DNA from: Azolla caroliniana
Lineage: Eukaryota; Plantae; Polypodiophyta
Assembly: GCA_043228905.1 (NCBI GenBank)
Contig: JBHGNT010000078.1
Span: 41,503 to 105,502 of the forward strand
Direction: 5' to 3'
DNA: 64,000 nt
Below, one piece after another: positions 41,301 through 55,800 of this stretch (the first letter of the stretch is position 1; each line of letters starts with the position of its first letter). The translations under genes and the position numbers were made by a program. The notes under the pieces were generated by a model. It ran no database searches. It was not told the origin of the DNA and worked only from the letters and a program-made list of their open reading frames with translations.

Positions 41301-44219
41301 TTCTAATTCCATATCATAGCTAGCGTTGCTAGCTTCGATTCTCATGTTTGAACACAAAAATCCGATATCACACGAGCTAGATATGAACATTTTAATTTAC
41401 ACACCGGGTATTCTCAACGCCCTCCTCAAGTTTGCTAATTTCCTCATGTCTCTCGATCTGAGTTTCAAAATCTTGATTTTTGAATTCTATATCATAGCTA
41501 GCGTTTTAGCTTCGATTCGCATGTTTGAACACAAACATCCGATATCACACGAGCCAGGTATGAACATTTTAAATTACTGACGGGGTCTTCTAAACTCCTT
41601 CCTCAAATTTGCTAATTTCCTCATGTCTCTAGACCTGAGTTTCAAAATTATATTTTTTAATTCTATATCATAGCTAGCGTTGTTAACTTCGATTCGCATG
41701 TTTGAACACAAAAATCCGATATCACACGAGCCAGGTATGACCATTTTAATTTACTAACGCGCTCTTCTCCAATACCTCCTCAAATTTGCTAATTTCTTCA
41801 TGTCTCTCGACCTGTGTTTGAAAATTATAATTTTTCAATTCTATATCATAACTAGCGTTCTTAGCTTCGATTCGCATGTTTGAACACAAAAATCCGATAT
41901 CACACGACCCAGGTATGAGCATTTTAATTTACTAACGCGCTCTTCTCAACTCCTTCCTAAAATTTGCAAATTTCTTCATGTCTCTGGACCTGAGTTTCAA
42001 AGTCTTGATTTTTTAATTCTATATCATAACTAGCGTTGTTAGGTACGATTCGCATTTTTGAACACAAAAATGCGATATCCCAGAAGCAAGGTATGAACAT
42101 TTTAATTTACTCACGAGGTCTTCTCCACTACCTTCTAAAATTTGCTAATTTGTTCATGTCTCTCGACCTGAGCTTCAAAATCTTGATTTTTCAATTCTAT
42201 GTCATAGCTAGTGTTGTTAGCTTTGATTCGCATGTTTGAACACAAAAATCCAATATCAGACGAGCCAAGTATGAACATTTTAATTTACTAATGCGCTCTT
42301 CTCCAATACCTCCTCAAATTTGCTAATTTCTTCACATCTCTCGACCTGTGTTTCAAAATTATAGTTTTTCAATTCTATATCATAACTACCGTTCTTAGCT
42401 TCGATTCGCATGTTTGAACACAAAAATCCGATATCACACGAGCCAGGTATGAACACTTTAATTTATTGACGCGCTCTTCTCAACTCCTTCCTCAAATTTG
42501 CTAATTTCTTCATGTCTCTGGACCTGAGTTTCAAATTCTTGATTTTCTAATTCCATAACATAGCTAGTGTTGTTAGCTTCGATTCGCATGTTTGAACACA
42601 AAAATCCGATATCCCACAAGCCAGGCATGAACATTTTAATTTACTCACGGGGTCTCCTCCACTACCTTCTCAAATTTGCTAATTTCTTCATGTCATATCA
42701 TATCTAGTGTTGTTAGCTTCGATTCGCATGTTTGAACACAAAAATCCAATATCACACGAGCCAAGTATGAACATTTTAATTTACTAACGCCCTATTCTCC
42801 AATACCTCCTAAAAGTTGCTAATTTCTTCATGTCTCTCGACCTGTGTTTGAAAATTATAATTTTTCAATTCCATATCATAACTAGCGTTCTTAGCTTCGA
42901 TTCGCATGTTTGAACACAAAAATCCGATATCACACGAGCCAGGTATGAACATTTTAATTTACTGACGCGCTCTTCTCAACTCCTTCCTCAAATTTGCTAA
43001 TTTCTTCATGTCTCTGGACCTGAGTTTCAAATTCTTGATTTTCCCATTCCATATCATAGCTAGTGTTGTTAGCTTCGATTCGCATGTTTGAACACAAAAA
43101 TCCGATATCCCACAAGCCAGGCATGAACATTTTAATTTACTCACGGGGTCTTCTCCACTACCTTCTCAAATTTGCTAATTTCTTCATGTCTTTCGACCTG
43201 AGTTTCAAAATCTTGATTTTTTAATTCCATATCATAGCTAGTGTTGTTAGCTTCCATTCGCATGTTTGAACACAAAAATCCAATATCACACGAGCCAGGC
43301 TCTTCTCTAATACCTCCTCAAATTTGCTAATTTCTTCATGTCTCTCGACCTTTGTTTGAAAATTATAATTTTTCAATTCTATATCATAACTAGCGTTCTT
43401 AGCTTCGATTCGCAAGTTTGAACACAAAAATCTCATATCACACGAGCCAGGTATGAGCATTTTAATTTTCTGACGCCCTCTTCTCAACTCCTTCCTCAAA
43501 TTTGCTAATTTCTTCATATCTCTGGACCTGAGTTTCAAAGTCTTGATTTTTTAATTCTATATCATAGCTAGCGTTGTTAGCTTCGATTCGCATGTTTGAA
43601 CACAAAAATCCAATATCACACGAGCCAGGTATGAACATTTTAATTTACTAACGCGCTCTTCTCCAATACCTCCTCAAATTTGCTAATTTCTTCATGTCTC
43701 TCGACCTGTGTTTTTCAAAATTATAATTTTTCAATTCTATATCATAACTAGCGTTCTTAGCTTCGATTCCCATGTTTGAACACAAAAATCCGATATCACA
43801 CGACCCAGGTATGAGCATTTTAATTTACTAATGCGCTCTTCTCAACTCCTTCCTGTCTCTGGACCTGAGTTTCAAAGTCTTGATTTTTTAATTCCATATC
43901 ATAGCTAGTGTTGTTAGCTTCGATTCGCATGTTTGAACATAAAAATCTGATATCACACGAGCCAGGTATGAACATTTTAATTTACTCACGGGGTTTTCTC
44001 AACTCCTTCCTCAAGATTGCTAATTTCTTCATGTCTGTCGACCTGAGTTTCAAAATTATAATTTTTCAATTCAATATCATAGCTAGCGTTGCTAACTTCG
44101 ATTCTCATGTTTGAACACAAAAATCTGATATCACACGAGCCAGCTATTAACATTTTATTTTACTCACCGGGTCTTCTCACCTCCTTCCTCATCTTTGCTA
44201 ATTTGTTAATATCTCTCGA

Positions 44220-47200
44220 CCTGAGTCTCACATTTTTGAACATAAAAATCCGATATCCCACAAGCCAGGCACGAACATTTTAATTTACTCACGGGGTCTT
44301 CTCCACTACCTTCTCAAATTTGCTAATTTGTTTATGTCTCTCGACTTGAGTTTCAAAATCTTGATTTTTTAATTCCATATCATAGCTAGTGTTGTTAGCT
44401 TCGATTCTCATGTTTGCACATAAGAATCTGATATCACACGAGCCAGGTATGAACATTTACTCACGGCGTTTCTCAACTCCTTCCTCAAGATTTCTAATTT
44501 CTTCATGTCTGTCGACCTGTGTTTCAAAATTATAATATCACAAAATCTAATATCACAAAAGCCAGGTATAAACATATTAATTTACTCACGGGGTCTTCTC
44601 CACTACCTGTTCAAATTTGCTAACTTCGTCAAGTCTCTAGACCGGTGTTTCAATTCAATATCATAGCTAGCGTTGTTAGCTTCGATTCGCATGTTTGAAC
44701 ACAAACATCCGATATCACACGAGCCAGGTATGAACATTTTAAATGATTGACGGGGTCTTCTCCACTACCTCCTCAAATTTGCTAATTTCTTCATGCCTCT
44801 CCACCTGAGTTTCAAAATCTTGATTTTTTAATTCTATATCATAGCTAGCGTTGTTAGCTTCGATTCGCATGTTTGAACACAAAAATCCGATATCACACGA
44901 GCCAGGTATGAATATTTTAATTTACTCACGGGGTCTTCTCAACTCGTTCCTCAAATATGCAAATATCTTCATGTCTCTCGACCTGTGTTTCAAAATCTTG
45001 ATTTTTTAATTCCATATCATAGCTAGTATTCTTAGCTTCGATTCGCATGTTTGAACACAAAAATCCGATATAAATCGAGCCAGCTATGAACATTTTAATT
45101 TCCGAAGAGGGTCTTCTCCACCTGCTCGTCAAATTTGCTAATCTCTTCATGTCTCTCGACCTGAGTTTGAAAATGTTAATTTTTTAATTCCATACCATAG
45201 CTAGCATTGTTAGCTTCGATTCGCATATTTGAACACAAAAATCCGATATCACACCAGCCAGGTATGAACATTATAATTTACTCACGGGGTCTTCTCCACT
45301 ACCTTCCCAATTTTGCTAATTTCTTCATGTCTCTCGACCTGAGTTTCAAAATCTTGATTTTCTAATTCCATATCATAGCTAGTATTCTTAGATTCGATTC
45401 GCATGTTTGAACACAAAAATCCGATATCACACGAGCCAGGTATGAACATTTTAATTTACTCACGGGGTCTTCTCCACTACCTTCTCAAATTTGCTAATTT
45501 GTTTATGTCTCTCGACTTGAGTTTCAAAATCTTGATTTTTTAATTCCATATCATAGCTAGTGTTGTTAGCTACGATTCTCATGTTTGCACATAAAAATCT
45601 GATATCACACGAGCCAGGTATGAACATTTACTCACGGGGTTTCTCAACTCCTTCCTCAAGATTGCTAATTTCTTCATGTCTGTCGACCTGTGTTTCAAAA
45701 TTATAATATCACAAAATCTGATATCACAAAAGCCAGGTATAAACATATTAATTTACTCACGGGGTCTTCTCCACTACCTGTTCAAATTTGCTAACTTCGT
45801 CAAGTCTCTAGACCGGTGTTTCAATTCAATATCATAGCTAGCGTTGTTAGCTTCGATTCGCATGTTTGAACACAAACATCCGATATCACACGAGCCAGGT
45901 ATGAACATTTTAAATGATTGACGGGGTCTTCTAAACTCCTTCCTCAAATTTGCTAATTTCCTCATGTCTCTCGATCTGAGTTTCAAAATCTTGATTTTTT
46001 AATTCTATATCATAGCTAGCGTTGTTAGCTTCGATTCGCATGTTTGAACACAAAAATCCGATATCACACGAGCCAGGTATGAATATTTTAATTTACTCAC
46101 GGGGTCTTCTCAACTCGTTCCTCAAATATGCAAATATCTTCATGTCTCTCGACCTGTGTTTCAAAATCTTGATTTTTTAATTCCATATCATAGCTAGTAT
46201 TCTTAGCTTCGATTCGCATGTTTGGACACAAAAATCCGATATAAATCGAGCCAGCTATGAACATTTTAATTTCCGAAGAGGGTCTTCTCCACTTCCTCGT
46301 CAAATTTGCTAATTTCTTCATGTCTCTCGACCTGAGTTTGAAAATGTTAATTTTTTAATTCCATACCATAGCTAGCATTGTTAGCTTCGATTCGCATATT
46401 TGAACACAAAAATCCGATATCACACCAGCCAGGTATGAACATTATAATTTACTCACGGGGTCTTCTCCACTACCTTCCCAATTTTGCTAATTTCTTCATG
46501 TCTCTCGACCTGAGTTTCAAAATCTTGATTTTTTAATTCCATATCATAGCTAGTATTCTTAGATTCGATTCGCATGTTTGAACACAAAAATCCGATATCA
46601 CACGAGCCAGGTATGAACATTTTAATTTACTCACTAGGTCTTCTCCACTACCTTCTCCAATTTGCTAATTTCTTCATGTCTCTCAACCTGAGTTTCAAAA
46701 TCTTGATTTTTTAATTCGATATCCTAGCTAGCGTTGGTACCTTCGATTCCCATGTTTGAACACAAAAATACGATATCACACGAGCCAGGTATGAATATTT
46801 TCATTTACTCACCGGGTCTTCTCCACTACCTCCTCAAATTTGCTAATTTCTTGATGTCTCTTGAACTCAGTTTCAAAATCTTGATTTTTTAATTGCATAT
46901 CATAGCTAGCGTTGTTAGCTTCGATTCGCATGTTTGAACAAAAAAATCCAATATCACACGAGCCAGGTATGAACATTTTAATTTACTCACGGGGTCTTCT
47001 CAACTCCTTCCTCAAATTTGCTAATTTCTTCATATCTCTCGACCTGTGTTTCAAAATCTTAATTTTCTAATTCCATATCATAGCTAGCGTTGCTAGCTTC
47101 GATTCTCATGTTTGAACACAAAAATCCGATATCACACGAGCTAGATATGAACATTTTAATTTACACACCGGGTATTCTCAACGCCTTCCTCAAGTTTGCT

Positions 47201-49800
47201 AATTTTCTCATGTCTCTCGATCTGAGTTTGAAAATCTTGATTTTTGAATTCTATATCATAGCTAGCGTTTTAGCTTCGATTCGCATGTTTGAACACAAAC
47301 ATCCGATATCACACGAGCCAGGTATGAACATTTTAAATTACTGACGGGGTCTTCTAAACTCCTTCGTCAAATTTGCTAATTTCCTCATGTCTCTCGACCT
47401 GAGTTTGAAAATGTTAATTTTTTAATTCCATACCATAGCTAGCATTGTTAGCTTCGATTCGCATATTTGAACACAAAAATCCGATATCACACCAGCCAGG
47501 TATGAACATTATAATTTACTCACAGGGTCTTCTCCACTACCTTCCCAATTTCGCTAATTTCTTCATGTCTCTCGACCTGAGTTTCAAAATCTTGATTTTT
47601 TAATTCCATATCATAGCTAGTATTCTTAGATTCGATTCGCATGTTTGAACACAAAAATCCGATATCACACGAGCCAGGTATGAACATTTTAATTTACTCA
47701 CTAGGTCTTCTCCACTACCTTCTCCAATTTGCTAATTTCTTCATGTCTCTCAACCTGAGTTTCAAAATCTTGATTTTTTAATTCGATATCCTAGCTAGCG
47801 TTGGTACCTTCGATTCCCATGTTTGAACACAAAAATACGATATCACACGAGCCAGGTATGAATATTTTCATTTACTCACCGGGTCTTCTCCACTACCTCC
47901 TCAAATTTGCTAATTTCTTGATGTCTCTTGAACTCAGTTTCAAAATTTTGATTTTTTAATTGCATATCATAGCTAGCGTTGTTAGCTTCGATTCGCATGT
48001 TTGAACAAAAAAATCCAATATCACACGAGCCAGGTATGAACATTTTAATTTACTCACGGGGTCTTCTCAACTCCTTCCTCAAATTTGCTAATTTCTTCAT
48101 ATCTCTCGACCTGTGTTTCAAAATCTTAATTTTCTAATTCCATATCATAGCTAGCGTTGCTAGCTTCGATTCTCATGTTTGAACACAAAAATCCGATATC
48201 ACACGAGCTAGATATGAACATTTTAATTTACACACCGGGTATTCTCAACACCTTCCTCAAGTTTGCTAATTTTCTCATGTCTCTCGATCTGAGTTTGAAA
48301 ATCTTGATTTTTGAATTCTATATCATAGCTAGCGTTTTAGCTTCGATTCGCATGTTTGAACACAAACATCCGATATCACACGAGCCAGGTATGAACATTT
48401 TAAATTACTGACGGGGTCTTCTAAACCTGTTCCTCAAATTTGCTAATTTCCTCATGTCTCTAGACCTGAGTTTCAAAATTATATTTTTTAATTCTATATC
48501 ATAGCTAGCGTTGTTAGCTTCGATTCGCATGTTTGAACACAAAAATCCGATATCACACGAGCCAGGTATGAACATTTTAATTTACTCACGGGGTCTTCTC
48601 AACTCGTTCCTCAAATATGCAAATATCTTCATGTCTCTCGACCTGTGTTTCAAAATCTTGATTTTTTAATTCCATATCATAGCTAGTATTCTTAGCTTCT
48701 ATTCGCATGTTTGAACACAAAAATCCGATATCACAAAAGCCAGGTATAAACATATTAATTTACTCACGGGATCTTCTCCACAACCTATTCAAATTTGCTA
48801 ACTTCGTCAAGTCTCTAGACCAGTGTTTCAATTCAATATCATAGCTAGCGTTGTTAGCTTCGATTCGCATGTTTGAACACAAACATCCGATATCACACGA
48901 GCCAGGTATGAACATTTTAAATTACTGACGGGGTCTTCTAAACTCCTTCCTCAAATTTGCTAATTTCCTCATGTCTCTCGACCTGAGTTTCGAAATCTTG
49001 ATTTTTTAATTCTATATCATAGCTAGCGTTGTTAGCTTCGATTCGCATGTTTGAACACAAAAATCCGATATCACACGAGCCAGGTATGAACATTTTAATT
49101 TACTCACGGGGTCTTCACAACTCCTTCCTCAAATATGCAAATATCTTCATGTCTCTCGACCTGTGTTTCAAAATCTTGATTTTTTAATTCCATATCATAG
49201 CTAGTATTCTTAGCTTCGATTCGCATGTTTGAACACAAAAATCCGATATCACACGAGCCAGCTATGAACATTTTAATTTACTCACTAGGTCTTCTCCACT
49301 ACCTTCTCAAATTTGCTAATTTCTTCATGTCTCTCGACCTGAGTTTCAAAATCTTGATTTTTTAATTCGATATCATAGGTAGCGTTGGTACCTTCGATTC
49401 CCATGTTTGAACACAAAAATACGATATCACACGAGCCAGGTATGAACATTTTAATTTACTCACGGGGTCTTCTCAACTCCCTCCTCAAATTTGATAATTT
49501 CTTCATGTCTCTCGACCTGAGTTTGACAATGTTGATTTTTTGATTCCATATCATAGCTAGCATTGTTAGCTTCGATTCGCATATTTGAATACAAAAATCC
49601 GATATCACAAAAGCCAGATATAAACATATTAATTTACTCACGGGGTCTTCTCCACTACCTATTCAAATTTGCTAACTTCGTCAAGTCTCTAGACCGTTGT
49701 TTCAATTCAATATCATAGCTAGCGTTGTTAGCTTCGATTCGCATGTTTGAACACAAACATCCGATATTACACGAGCCAGGTATGAACATTTTAATTTACT
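44220..49800. repeat. Right-flank layer with the same monomer variants as the left flank, plus local 1,171-bp and 1,067-bp duplications
   Basis: GAAGAGGGTC at ~45104 and ~46275 matches ~3097 and ~13198. AAAAGCCAG(G/A)TATAAACATATT occurs on both flanks. Offsets are 44926/46097 (1,171) and 47090/48157 (1,067, six monomers). Confidence 0.85.
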
Positions 49801-52800
49801 AACGCGCTCTTCTCGAATACCTCCTCAAATTTGCTAATTTCTTCATGTCTCTCGACCTGTGTTTCAAAATTATAATTTTTCAATTCTATATCATAACTAG
49901 GGTTCTTAGCTTCGATTCGCATGTTTGAACACAAAAATCCGATATCACACGAGCCAGGTATGAACATTTTAATTTACTGATTTGCTCTTCTCAACTCCTT
50001 CCTCAAATTTGCTAATTTCTTCATGTCCCTCGACCTGAGTTTCAAAGTCTTGATTTTTTAATTCTATATCATAGCTACCGTTGTTAGCTTCAATTCCCAT
50101 TTTTGAACACAAAAATCCGATATCCCACAAACCAGGCATGAACATTTTAATTTACTCACGGGGTCTTCTCCAATACCTTCTCAAATTTGCTAATTTCTTC
50201 ATGTCTCTCGACCTGTGTTTCAAAATTATAATTTTTCAATTCTATAAGATAACTAGCGTTCTTAGCTTCGATTCGCATGTTTGAACACAGAAATCCGATA
50301 TCACACTAGCCAAGTATGAGCATTTTAATTTACTGACGCGCTCTTCTCAACTCCTTCCTCAAATTTGCTAATTTCTTCCTGTCTTTGGACCTGAGTTTCA
50401 AATTTTTGATTTTCTAATTCCATATCATACCTAGTGCTGTTAGCTTCGATTCGCATGTTCGAACATAAAAATCTGATATCACACGAGCCAGATATGAACA
50501 TTTTAATTTACTCACGGGGTTTTCTTAACTCCTTCCTCAAATTTGCTAATTTCTTCATGTCTCTCGACCTGAGTTTGAAAATCTTAATTTTTTAATTCCA
50601 TATTAAAGCTACCGTTGTTAGCTTCAATTCGAATATTTGCACACAAAAATCCGATATCACACCAGCCAGGTATGAACATTTTAATTTACTCACGGGGTCT
50701 TCTCCACTACCTCCTCAAATTTGCTAATTTCGTCATGGCTCTAGACTCGTGTTTCAAAATCTTCATTTTTGAATTCCATATTATAGCTAGCGTTGTTCGC
50801 TTCGATTCACATGTTTGAACACAAATATCCGATATCACACGAGCTAGGTATGAACATTTTAATTTACTGACGCGCCCGGTATGAACATTTTAATTTACTC
50901 ACGGGGTCTTCTCAACTCCGTCCTCAAATTTGCTAATTTTTCATGTCTCTCGACCTGAGTTTCAAAATCTTGATTTTTTAATCCAATATCATAGCTTCCA
51001 ATGTTAGCTTCGATTCGAATGTTTGAACACAAAAATCCGATATCACTTGAGCCAGGTATGAACATTTTAATTTACTCACGGGGTCTTCGCAACTCCTTCC
51101 TCAAATTTGTTAATTTCTTCATTTCTCACGACCTGTGTTTCGAAATCTTGATTTTTTAATTCCATAATATAGATAGCGTGGTTAGCTTCGATTCGCATGT
51201 TCGAACACAAAAATCCGATATCAATCGAGCCAGCTATGAACATATTAATTTACGAATGGGGTCTTCTCCACTACCTCCTCAAATTTGCTAATTTCTTCAT
51301 GTCTCTCGACCTGAGTTTGAAAATCATAATTTTTTAATTCCAGATCATAGCTAGCATTGTTAGCTTCGATTCGCATATTCGACACAAAAATCCGATATCA
51401 CACCAGCCAGGTATGAACATTATAATTTACTCACGGGGTCTTCTCCACTACCTCCTCAAATTTGCTAATTTCTTCATCCCTCTCGACCTGTATTTCCAAA
51501 TCTTAATTTTTTAATTTCATATCATAGCTAGCGTTGTTAGCTTCGATTCACATGTTTGAACACAAAAATCCGATATCACACGAGCCACGTATGAACATTT
51601 TAATTTACTGACGGGGTCTTCTCAACTCTTTCCTCAAATTTGCAAATTTCATCATGTGTCTCGACCTGAGTTTCAAGATCTTGATTTTTTAATCCAATAT
51701 CATAGCTAGCGTTGTTAGCTTCGATTCGCAGGTTTGAACACAGAAATCCGATATCACACGAGCCAGGTATGAACATTTTAATTTAGTCACGGGGTCTTCT
51801 CAACTCCTTCCTCAAATTTGCTAATTTCTTCATGTCTCTCGACCTGTGTTTCAAAATCTTGATTTTTTAATTCCATATCATAGCTAGCGTGGTTAGCTTC
51901 GATTCACATGTTCGAACACATAAATCCGATATCAATCGAGCCATCTCTGAACATTATAATTTACTCACGGGGTCTTCTCCACTACCTCCTCAAATTTGCT
52001 AATTTCTTCATGTCTCTCGACCTGAGTTTGAAAATCTTAATTTTTTAATTCCATATCATAGCTAGCGTTGTTAGCTTCGATTCGCAAATTTGAACACAAA
52101 AATCCGATATCACACCAGCCAGGTATGAACATTATAATTTACTCACGGGGTCTTCTCCACTACCTCCTCAAATTTGCTAATTTCTTGATGTCTGTCGACC
52201 AGTATTTCAAAATCTTGATTTTTTAATTCCATATCATAGCTAGCGTTGTTAGCTTCGATTCGCATGTTTGAACACAAAAATCCGATATCACACACGAGCC
52301 ACGTATGAACATTTTAATTTACTCACGGGGTCTTCTCAACTCCTTCATCAAATCTGCAAATTTCATCATGTGTCTCGACCTGAGTTTCAAGATCTTGATT
52401 TTTTAATCCAATATCACATGAACCAGGTATGAACATTTTAATTTACTCACGGGGTCTTCTCAACTCCTTCCTCAAATTTTTCTAATTTCTTCCTGTCTCT
52501 CGATCTGAGTTTCCAAATCTTCCATTTTTAATTCCATAGTATAGCTAGCGTTGTTAGCTTCGATTGGCAGGTTTGAACACAAAAATCCGATATCACACGA
52601 GCCAGGTCTGAACATTTTAATTTACTCACGGCGTCTTATCAACTCCTTCCTCAAATTTGCTAATATCTTCATGTCTCTCGACCTGTGATTCAAAATTTTG
52701 ATTTTTTAATTCCATATCATAGCTAGCGTGGTTCGCATGTTCGAACACATAAATCCGATATCAATCAAGCCAGCTATGAACATTTTAATTTACGAACGGG

Positions 52801-55800
52801 GTCTTCTCCACTACCTTCTCAAATTTGCTAATTTCTTCATGTCTCTCGACCTGAGTTTGAAAATCTGAATTTTTTAATTCCATAGCATAGCTAGCGTTGT
52901 TAGCTTCGATTCGCATATTTGAACACAAAAATCCGATTTCCCACAAGCCAGGTATGAACATTATAATTTACTCACGGGGTCTTCTCCACTACCTCCTCAA
53001 ATTTGCTAATATTTTCATGTCTCTCGACCTGTATTTCAAAATCTTGATTTTTTAATTTCATATCATAGCTAGCGTTGTTAGCTTCGATTCGCATGTTTGA
53101 ACACAAAAATCCGATATCACACGAGCCACGTATGAACATTTTAATTTACTCACGGGGTCTTCTCAACTCCTTCCTCAAATTTGCTAATTTCTTCATGTCT
53201 CTCGACCTCAGTTTCAAAATCTTCCAATTTTAATGCCAAAGTATAGCTAGCATTGTTAGCTTCGATTCGCATATTTGAACATAAAAATCCGATATGACAC
53301 CAGCCAGGTATGAACATTTTCATTTACTCACCGGGTCTTCTCCACTACCTCCTCAAATTTGCTAATTTCTTGATGTCTCTCGAACTGAGTTTCAAAATCT
53401 TGATTTTTTAATTGCATATCATAGCTAGCGTTGTTAGCTTCGATTCGCATGTTTGAACAAAAAAATCCAATATCACACGAGCCAGGTATGAACATTTTAA
53501 TTTACTCACGGGGTCTTCTCAACTCCTTCCTCAAATTTGCTACTTTCTTCATATCTCTCGACCTGTGTTTCAAAATCTTGATTTTTTAATTCCATATCAT
53601 AGCTAGCGTGGTTAGCTTCGATTCGCATGTTCGAACACATAAATCTGATATCAATCAAGCCATCTATGAACATTTTAATTTACGAACGGGGTCTTCTTCA
53701 CTACCTCCTCAACTTTGCTAATTTCTTCATGTCTCTCGACCTGAGTTTGAAAATCTTAATTTTCTAATTCCATATCATAGCTAGCGTTGCTAGCTTCGAT
53801 TCTCATGTTTGAACAAAAAAATCCGATATCACACGAGCTAGATATGAACATTTTAATTTACACACCGGGTATTCTCAACGCCTTCCTCAAGTTTGCTAAT
53901 TTCCTCATGTCTCTCGATTTGAGTTTCAAAATCTTGATTTTTGAATTCTATATCATAGCTAGCATTTTAGCTTCGATTCGCATTTTTGAACACAAAAATC
54001 CGATTTCCCACAAGCCAGGTATGAACATTTTAATTTACTCACGGGGTGTTCTCAACTCCTTCCTCAAGTTTGCAAACTTCATCATGTGTCTCGACCTGAG
54101 TTTCAAGATCTTGATTTTTTAATCCAATATCATAGCTAGCATTGTTAGCTTCGATTCGCAGGTTTGAACACAGAAATCCGATATCACACGAACCAGGTAT
54201 GAACATTTTAATTTACTCACGAGGTCTTCTCAACTCCTTCCTTAAATTTGCTAATTTCTTCATGTCTCTGGACCTGAGTTTCAAATTCTTGATTTTTTAA
54301 TTCCATATCATAGCTAGCATTGTTAGCTTCAATTCCCATTTTTGAACACAAAAATCCGATTTCCCACAGGCTAGGTATGAACATTTTAATTTACTCACGG
54401 GGTCTTCTCCACTACCTTCTCAAATTTGCTAATTTCTTCATGTCTGTCGACCTGAGTTTCAAAATCTTGATATTTCAATTCAATATCATAGCTAGCGTTG
54501 CTAGCTTCGATTCTCATGTTTGAACTTCAAAATTCGATATCACACGAGCCAGCTATGAACATTTTAATTTACTCACCGGGTCTTCTCAACTCCATCCTCA
54601 TCTTTGCTAATTTCTTCATGTCTGTCAACCTGAGTTTCAAAATCTTGATTTGTTAATTCCATATCATAGCTAGCATTGTTAGCTTCAATTCCCATTTTTG
54701 AACACAAAAATCCGATTTCCCACAGGCCAGGTTTGAACATTTTAATTTACTCACGGGGTCTTCTCCACTACCTTCTCAAATTTGCTAATTTCTTCATGTC
54801 TGTCGACCTGAGTTTCAAAATCTTGATATTTTGATTCCACATCATAGCTAGTGTTGTTAGCTTCGATTCGCATGTTTGAACACAAAAATCCAATATCACA
54901 CGAGCCAGGAATGAACATTTTAATTTACTAACGCGCTCTTTTCCAATACCTCCTGAAATTTGCTAATTTCTTCATTTCTCTCGACTTGTGTTTTAAAATT
55001 ATAATTTTTCAAGTCCATATCATAACTAGCGTTCTTAGCTTCGATTCGCATGTTTGAACACAAAAATCCGATATAACACGAGCCAGGTATGAACATTTTA
55101 ATTTACTGACGCGCTCTTCTCAACTCCTTCCTCAAATTTGCTAATTTCTTCATGTGTCTGGACCTGAGTTTCAAATTCTTGATTTTCTCATTCCATATCA
55201 TACCTAGTGTTGTTAGCTTCGATTCGCATGTTTGAACATAAAAGTCTGATATCACACGAGCCAGATATGAACATTTTAATTTACTCACGGGGTTTTCTCA
55301 ACTCCTTTCTCAAGTTTGCAAATTTCTTCATGTCTCTGGACGTGAGTTTCAAAGTCTTCATTTTTAAATTCTATATGATAGCTAGCGTTGTTATCTTCGA
55401 TTCGCATCTTTTAATACGAAAATCCGATATCACACGTGCCACGTATGAACATTTTAATTTACTCACGGGGTCTTCTCCACTACCTCCTCCAATTTGCTAA
55501 TTTCATCATGTCTCTAGACCTGTATTTCAAAACTATAATTTTTCAATTCAATATCATAGCTAGCGTTGCTAGCTTCGATTCTCATGTTTGAACACAAAAA
55601 TTCGATATCACACGAGCCAGCTATGAACATTTTAATTTACTCACCGGGTCTTCTCAACTCCATCCTCATCTTTGCTAATTTCTTCATGTCTCTCAACCTG
55701 AGTTTCAAAATCTTGATTTGTTAATTCCATATCATAGCTAGCATTGTTAGCTTCAATTCCCATTTTTGAACACAAAAATCCGATTTCCCACAGGCCAGGT

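Larger units (their letters stand above)
14442..44220. repeat. Homogeneous HOR core made of a ~3,189-bp, 19-unit HOR and rearranged derivatives
   Basis: Marker spacings are 15907 to 19095 (3188), 26146 to 29335 (3189) and 40031 to 43221 (3190). Copies differ by only a few SNPs. Boundaries are approximate. Confidence 0.9.
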
